A stretch of DNA of 61,802 nucleotides from Acidobacteriota bacterium (lineage in GTDB: Bacteria; Acidobacteriota; Terriglobia; Bryobacterales; Bryobacteraceae), in the NCBI GenBank assembly GCA_005808865.1, contig SYKU01000246.1, positions 1 through 61,802 of the forward strand. The letters are read 5' to 3'. Shown here one piece after another: positions 56,526 through 61,802 of this stretch (the stretch's first letter is position 1; each line of letters opens with the position of its first letter). A program made the translations under genes and the position numbers. Below the pieces are notes generated by a model. The model was not told where the DNA came from, made no database searches, and saw only the letters and a list, made by a program, of their open reading frames with translations.

Positions 56526-57100
56526 TCACAAGCTGAATTTTAACCCGAATTGCATCACCCGCATGGCGGCAGTCAGGGAACGGCTTTGTCCCACACGCGG
56601 CGCGTCGGGTGTCATTGAATTGAGCGAGACGAAAACCAAATTGTTGACTGCCCAAAATAGGGCGTACTAAACACATTCAAGAACTCGGTGTGGAACTGCA
56701 CTCTGAAAGGTTCGGTTATCGAGGGCTCTTGATGAGCGAGAAGTCGATCTTCCTCTGGCCTGGCGTGGTCAAGATGTTGCGTCCGGAGTTGCCGTAGTGG
56801 CAGAGATCAGGACGGCTGGCGAAGTTGCGGTTCACTCGCTGGAACGCGGAGGGATCGTACCTCAGAGCGCGCCTGGCGCCATCAAGACGGCCGCCAACCG
56901 CCGGCGTCCACGAGAAGCCGGTGCGGAGCGACAGAATTCCGCTAGCCAGCGACGCCGTCAGAATCGGCCCCGGAACGCTTTCAGATTCTTGCCGGAGGGT
57001 ATTCAGATCAGACAAAACCCGAACATTTCGACCGCATCAATCAATGATGTCAAGCTCGAGATCTTGTTGAGTGATCTGAATCGCCGTTTCGCTGATGCCA
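56526..57100 (-). pseudogene. Relic of the C-terminal ~170 aa of a TonB-dependent receptor (multiple frameshifts and stops)
   Basis: Three frames carry collinear matches to the intact receptor at 49962-53249. The first is ASGILSLRTGFSWTPAVGG..YDPSAFQR..YGNSGRNILTTPGQRKIDFSLIK. The second is VQFHTEFLNVFSTPYFGQ. The third is MRVMQFGLKFSL-stop. Confidence 0.6.
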
Positions 57101-57156
57101 TTGGTGCATTCCGGCGGTGTCCTTCATCGCATCACGTTGATATGGCGCTACGCTGA

Positions 57157-58014
57157 TTATGCTACGTTGCGCCTGACCTGAATCGCGAGGACGACGCTCG
57201 CTGCCAGCGTGAGCGCGCCGGTTGCGACGTGAGCCACCGTGAAGCCGACCATCAGCGGCATCGGTTGCGGGGCGTCGATCGTGGCGATTCGGCTCATGTA
57301 GGCCGCGATACCCAAAAACACCTGAAGAAACGTAATGGAAAGCAGCGCGACCGCGGACTTGCGCAAAACGTCATGGCCGGCGTGGCGCATCAACACGGAT
57401 AACGTCACCCAAAGTACAACGCCCGTGGCAACGGCCGCTCCCGCGATGTGCGGAAGTACGCCGAGAAACTTGTGCCGGGCGGAGGCTCCGAGCGCCAACT
57501 GAATGAAAACGCAGAGAGGCGCGGCAATCACCAAAGCTCGCAGCGCGGGCGTGCCGGAATCGGCTGCCACATGCGGACCGCAGAGCCAGGACGCCGAAGT
57601 GAACAGCGCTATGCAAACCGTGGTCGAGAAGAACAACTGCGCGAGGCAGGCGTGGCTGATGCTGACCGGCTTGGGCAGCATGTAAATTACGGTCATCCCG
57701 CCCAGCAGTCCCTGCGCGATGACCGCCGCAAGGGTCCCGACGCCGAGACGCCGCATCCACCCGCGGTTCTCCACGCGCCACAGCCATACCGCCAGGATAA
57801 TAGTGAGAAAGCCCACCGTGGTGGCAACCATGCGGTGGCCGTGTTCGTAAAAGATGCCGCCCTCCATAACGGGCATCAATTTCCCGTAGGAGAGAGGCCA
57901 GTCGGGGACGGAAAGACCGGCGTCGTTGCTGGTAACCAAGCCGCCGGCTACGACCAGGAAGAGAGTGCAGATGGCTAAGATTACCGAGTAACGGTGCAGC
58001 CAAACATTGGACAA
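57157..58014 (-). CDS. ctaA: Heme A synthase (COX15/CtaA family)
   Basis: The start is TTG. Motifs are LVVAGGLVTSNDAGLSVPDWPLSYG and YEHGHRM, with 8 TM segments and conserved His pairs. Confidence 0.85.
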   Translation of the reverse strand: MSNVWLHRYSVILAICTLFLVVAGGLVTSNDAGLSVPDWPLSYGKLMPVMEGGIFYEHGHRMVATTVGFLTIILAVWLWRVENRGWMRRLGVGTLAAVIAQGLLGGMTVIYMLPKPVSISHACLAQLFFSTTVCIALFTSASWLCGPHVAADSGTPALRALVIAAPLCVFIQLALGASARHKFLGVLPHIAGAAVATGVVLWVTLSVLMRHAGHDVLRKSAVALLSITFLQVFLGIAAYMSRIATIDAPQPMPLMVGFTVAHVATGALTLAASVVLAIQVRRNVA

Positions 58015-58029
58015 TACGCGAGAACCTCA

Positions 58030-58121
58030 CGGGGGCCGAGGCAGGCCGCTTCCGATGCCCTGACAGGCTAACGCCCGCCTCACCTCTGCAAACAGTGGAC
58101 TTGCTTTGGTGAGGCGGGAGT
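58030..58121 (-). repeat. Nested GC-rich stem-loop between the cupredoxin gene and ctaA
   Basis: The outer stem is GGCAGGCC (58030-58037) paired with GGCCTGCC (58114-58121). The inner perfect 11-bp stem is CCCGCCTCACC (58064-58074) paired with GGTGAGGCGGG (58098-58108). No U tract follows on the transcribed strand. Confidence 0.5.
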
Positions 58122-58181
58122 TGGGCCTGCCGCCTTGATTTTCCTAAACAATCCGACCGATGGCCAGGAAGCGGGTCGAAC

Positions 58182-58964
58182 CTATCCGGCGAAACTGAAG
58201 TCGACGGCCTTGCTTTCCTTCGCGCCGACCGTTACCTTCATTTCCTTCGCGCCGTATTTTTCATGAACTGCTTCGATCGTGTAGTCTCCAGGGGGCAGGC
58301 CCTTGATGGAGAAGCTGCCGTCGTCGCCCGTGACGGCGAAGAACGGGTGGCCCACGACCGAGACATAGCTGCGCATCCAGGGATGAACGTTGCACTTCAC
58401 CGGGATCATGATTTCTTCGCGCGGGAACTGCTTCATTTTCGCCTCGCCGTTCGGCGGCTGCGACTCGTTCCACTCGCGGTTGGTCTTCGGCAACGGGTGA
58501 ATGTTGTGGTTTGTCGGGTCGCTGTTGGTGACTTCGATATTCTGGTTTGCCATGACGGCGATCACGTGAGGGGAATACACGCAGCCCTTCTGATCAAGCT
58601 TCACAGCAGTGGACGGCGTTGGCCACTCCTTCGCTGGAAGGCCGGCCTTCACCCACACCAGAGTGTTGGAGAGCGTGCCATTTCCGTTCACAATTACCTC
58701 TTCCGATTTCGCCGGCGTCGAGTGAGCCCGCGCGCAAGCCGGCGTCGCTTCCATACTCAGAGTCTTCGGCGAGGGCTTCTCGCCGGTGAAAGCGACCTTG
58801 CCCGTAACCGTCGCTGCATTGGCATCGTCTGCCGGGGCCGATGCCGCGGCGGCCGGCTTCTGCGCCGGAGCCTCAGTCTTTGCCGGTTCGCTACCGCCGC
58901 CGCAACCGGCGAGCGCAAGAACCGACGCTACTCCTACTGCAATTAACGTCTTTCGCATTTTCAA
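58182..58964 (-). CDS. Lipoprotein with a cupredoxin-like (type-1 copper) domain fused to a CarboxypepD_reg-like C-terminal domain
   Basis: It has the lipobox LALAGC. The candidate copper ligands are HNIH plus the amicyanin-type loop KCNVHPWM (C-x2-H-x2-M). The C-terminus is FAVTGDDGSFSIKGLPPGDYTIEAVHEKYG. Confidence 0.6.
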   Translation of the reverse strand: MKMRKTLIAVGVASVLALAGCGGGSEPAKTEAPAQKPAAAASAPADDANAATVTGKVAFTGEKPSPKTLSMEATPACARAHSTPAKSEEVIVNGNGTLSNTLVWVKAGLPAKEWPTPSTAVKLDQKGCVYSPHVIAVMANQNIEVTNSDPTNHNIHPLPKTNREWNESQPPNGEAKMKQFPREEIMIPVKCNVHPWMRSYVSVVGHPFFAVTGDDGSFSIKGLPPGDYTIEAVHEKYGAKEMKVTVGAKESKAVDFSFAG

Positions 58965-59007
58965 TAAGCCTTCCTATTCTCTTGCTTTATGTAGACCTTC
59001 GGGGTTC

Positions 59008-61802
59008 TTACCGGCCCGCTCCGGTTCCCGTACTCGCGCGCAGGCGCCCCAGTTCTTCCTGCGTGAACTGGAACATGTACCTTACCAACAGCTCGGCATG
59101 GTCCTTTCGATAACCCTGGAAACTCGCGGGCGTGGGTCCCGCGAAGATGAACCGGTCACCATCCTTCTGGAACAACCCGGAGGGCATCGCCGTGCCCGGG
59201 GCCATCATAGCCGGATCGATCATCCAGCGTTTGGTCCAGCCTGGCTTCAGCCTCTCCCTCGCCAGTGTGAAATTAGGAGCCGAAGCCGTCTTATCATGAT
59301 TCGCGTCGCCCGTCGCGTGACATTTCAGACATGGCGCTCCCTCGCTTGAGAACAGCTGCCGCGCCATCGTGCGCTCCTGCTCTGTCAGCGGATCGAGCTT
59401 CTGCGGAATGTAGGGCTGTGCCTGGGAAGACATCGCTTCGAAGAACCGCACCAGTTTGCGGAGTTCGCCGTCCGAGAAGTGAAAGGTTGGCATCCGCGCC
59501 TTTAAATATTGTCGCACGCCGTTGCGGTTCAGGTCCTTCTCGTGCCGCGCCGGGTTGTTCAGGAAATCCATGAGCCACGCAGGGTCGACACGGGCGCCTT
59601 CGCCGATCAGACTTGGGGGACGCTGGTCCTTCCAGTCCGGGTCCTGGTAGCGCGTAAGTGTGTTGAAGACGGTGGTCTGCCCGACGTGAACCTGATGGCA
59701 ACCCATGCAATTGTACTTGCGAATCACCCACCATCCTTCGATGATGTCCTGCCGCTGATCGGTTGGATGGAACTGGTAGCGGGCCGGAATGTTGGGCTCG
59801 ACCGAGCCGATGAGCAAAGTGGTCAAAGCGTCTATCTCGCCCTTCTGAAGATTGAAGTTCGGCATCTTAAGGCGGTCGAGCTTGCTCTCTTTTTCCTTGC
59901 CTTTGTCGTAGACGGACGGATCTTTGAGCTTGCGCTCGAAGAAACCCTTGTGGTTGTACCATCCTTCCTTCGCCGCATCGTGACCGAGCAGGGCGAAGTC
60001 AAGACGTTCGATCGGTTTCGATCCTTCACGCGTTAATTCCGTGCCGATGCGCTGTTCTTCTTCGAGGCCGGAAATTTCGTGGCAACCCGCGCAACCGTAG
60101 TTACGCACCAGGAACTGCCCGCGTGCCTTAAGCTTCGGATCGTCCAGGTAGGGTGCTGCCGGCAGCGATGCATTCGCCTGCTTGCGCGTCATCAGATACG
60201 TCGCGATGTCGCGGGCCTCCTCGATCGACAGGCGTAGACTCGGCATGGGCGTCATCTGCTGCACCTGCAATTCGTGCCCGTCGTTCGGGCATTGCGTGTG
60301 TTCGAGGTCGAAAACGAATGGAACGCCCTTCCTCTTGTAATCCTCTTCGGTCAGATCCTTCTTTTCGTAAGGGCAATAGGGCAGCGTGCGCTCGCGCGGT
60401 TCGTGAACCCAGCGAACCAGATACTCGTAATTCGCCTTTTCGCCTTCGCGGCTCAGATTCGCGGCGAATGTGCCACCCTGCTTCGCATTGCCCTCACCCA
60501 TGGAGTGGCACGCCATGCACCCGCGGGTCTCGAAAGATTCCTTGCCGCGTTCGGCGTTGCCCTGCGGTTGCGGGGCTACCTTGCCGTTCACCCCGGCTTG
60601 CCAGATAAAGGCTGAGATTGCCCTGACTTCCTCGTCGTCCAGGCGGAACACTGGCATCTTCGTGCCGGGCCGCCAGTGGTTCGGATCCTTCACCCAAACC
60701 GGAATCCAGTCCTTTTTCAACTTGGCGCGGACTTCCTTAAGGCTCGGCCCAACCTTCTTGATTTCGCGAATCAGGCTGCGCGAGCGGATATCGAGTTGCT
60801 CGATTTTCGCATCGATGCCGCTCATCTTGACCTTCAAATCATCGGCTCGTGCATAGAGACGCTGCGCTTCAGCGTTGTCCTTGCTCCTGTCAGCCTTCTG
60901 AATGGTAAAGCCGACTTCGCGGTCCCATTCGGCCTTTTGCTGCTCAAGCTGCCGCATCTGCTGGTTGACGCTGGTCAAGTCCTCCGGTTCCTTGTCGAAG
61001 CCCTCGTAACGATGGCATCCCATGCAGCCGCGAAGGCGGAACAATTCCCGGCCGGCGTTGAGCGTGCCGCCCATTTCCGTCACAATTTCCGCCGAGTGGC
61101 ACTGCTGGCAGCCAGCTTCGATATTCTCTTTGTGATGCATCGGCCAGAGCCAGTACTTGTGGCGGCCGTGGCCTTTTTCAATGCTCGAAGTCGCAACGCC
61201 GTTGCCGCCATGACAGGGCGTGCAGCCGAACTTTTCCGGATCGTGCGTTTTCAGCAAGTCCTTGCTCGGATGGCTCGTAAACATCGCCTCGCCGCCCATG
61301 GCTGCTTTGGTCAGGACGACGGGCTCGCGAGTCCCGAGGTGACAGGATTCGCAGCGATCCACCAAGTCCACGTCCTTGACGTGAATCTGCCGGATACCCG
61401 GGCTGAACGTGGCGAGCTTTCTCTCAACTCCCGCGAGCGTTTCATTCGAAGATTCAGCGATGCGGTCCGTGAGGTATTTGTCCCGCTTCGCTCTCAATTC
61501 GCTTGCGGGCTTCAGCAATTCCACGCGCTGAAGAAGGAGCGTGGCCTTCTTCGCTTTCCAGTCCTGAAGGTCTTTGTCCATTTGCCCAAACGTATACTCC
61601 ACCTTCTTCATGGAGCCGTCGGGATTCGGTAACTTCGCTGTGACCTTGTCCTTTTTGATGGATTCAATCTCCGCGCGCAGAGATTTCTTTGAGCTCTCGC
61701 TTGAGGCCACTTCGATCTGATACGTCAGCGCTCCGATGCTGCTGCGAATTTCCTGGAAAGGCTCGTTCAAGGCGAGCGATTGCGGGACCAGCACCTGATT
61801 CA
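59008..61802 (-). CDS. Large octaheme c-type cytochrome, with its N-terminus possibly beyond the window edge
   Basis: It has eight CxxCH motifs: CESCH, CTPCH, CQQCH, CMGCH, CMACH, CAGCH, CMGCH and CLKCH. Repeated class-I-like modules end in ..TKMPVF, ..LKMPNF, ..ARMPTF and ..TAMPSG. The frame is open to the window end. Confidence 0.85.
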   Translation of the reverse strand, partial: NQVLVPQSLALNEPFQEIRSSIGALTYQIEVASSESSKKSLRAEIESIKKDKVTAKLPNPDGSMKKVEYTFGQMDKDLQDWKAKKATLLLQRVELLKPASELRAKRDKYLTDRIAESSNETLAGVERKLATFSPGIRQIHVKDVDLVDRCESCHLGTREPVVLTKAAMGGEAMFTSHPSKDLLKTHDPEKFGCTPCHGGNGVATSSIEKGHGRHKYWLWPMHHKENIEAGCQQCHSAEIVTEMGGTLNAGRELFRLRGCMGCHRYEGFDKEPEDLTSVNQQMRQLEQQKAEWDREVGFTIQKADRSKDNAEAQRLYARADDLKVKMSGIDAKIEQLDIRSRSLIREIKKVGPSLKEVRAKLKKDWIPVWVKDPNHWRPGTKMPVFRLDDEEVRAISAFIWQAGVNGKVAPQPQGNAERGKESFETRGCMACHSMGEGNAKQGGTFAANLSREGEKANYEYLVRWVHEPRERTLPYCPYEKKDLTEEDYKRKGVPFVFDLEHTQCPNDGHELQVQQMTPMPSLRLSIEEARDIATYLMTRKQANASLPAAPYLDDPKLKARGQFLVRNYGCAGCHEISGLEEEQRIGTELTREGSKPIERLDFALLGHDAAKEGWYNHKGFFERKLKDPSVYDKGKEKESKLDRLKMPNFNLQKGEIDALTTLLIGSVEPNIPARYQFHPTDQRQDIIEGWWVIRKYNCMGCHQVHVGQTTVFNTLTRYQDPDWKDQRPPSLIGEGARVDPAWLMDFLNNPARHEKDLNRNGVRQYLKARMPTFHFSDGELRKLVRFFEAMSSQAQPYIPQKLDPLTEQERTMARQLFSSEGAPCLKCHATGDANHDKTASAPNFTLARERLKPGWTKRWMIDPAMMAPGTAMPSGLFQKDGDRFIFAGPTPASFQGYRKDHAELLVRYMFQFTQEELGRLRASTGTGAGR

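Overview
This is a 61.8-kb, visibly GC-rich (about 60%) chromosomal segment. It most likely comes from an Acidobacteriota-type genome. That is an inference from two CarboxypepD_reg-type TonB-dependent receptors, an Acidobacterial-VWFA-like protein and a FecR/DUF6600-like protein. I support about 50 protein genes, mostly housekeeping and envelope functions: hslU, prfB (with its programmed +1 frameshift), sua5/tsaC, a tightly coupled ftsY-ribD-ribE-fabG-SET gene string, a GT9 heptosyltransferase/envelope-glycan cluster, mreBCD, pntAA-pntAB-pntB, rlmA, a YjhG-type xylonate dehydratase, and a respiratory cluster (octaheme cytochrome c, cupredoxin lipoprotein, ctaA). I saw no rRNA, tRNA, CRISPR array, intact transposase, integrase or recognisable defence system. 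Most of the long antisense ORFs in the six-frame track are GC-driven shadow ORFs. The observations I consider most worth following are listed here:
- An orphan HD-GYP response regulator is bracketed by 128/147-bp inverted repeats.
- A 149-bp MITE-like element has perfect 16-bp terminal inverted repeats, a 5-bp direct flank duplication and a perfect internal palindrome.
- A cytidylyltransferase-like gene with a destroyed HIGH motif sits between two GT9 genes.
- Two gene relics are present: a PAS histidine kinase and the C-terminus of a TonB-dependent receptor.
- A 135-bp in-frame tandem repeat and an RGD/Gly-rich tail occur in a FecR-like protein.
- Two long gene-less gaps (2024-2699 and 36168-37051) contain structured or iterated motifs.
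All domain calls come from reading motifs by eye, not from searches. Coordinates of non-ORF features may be off by 1-2 nt.
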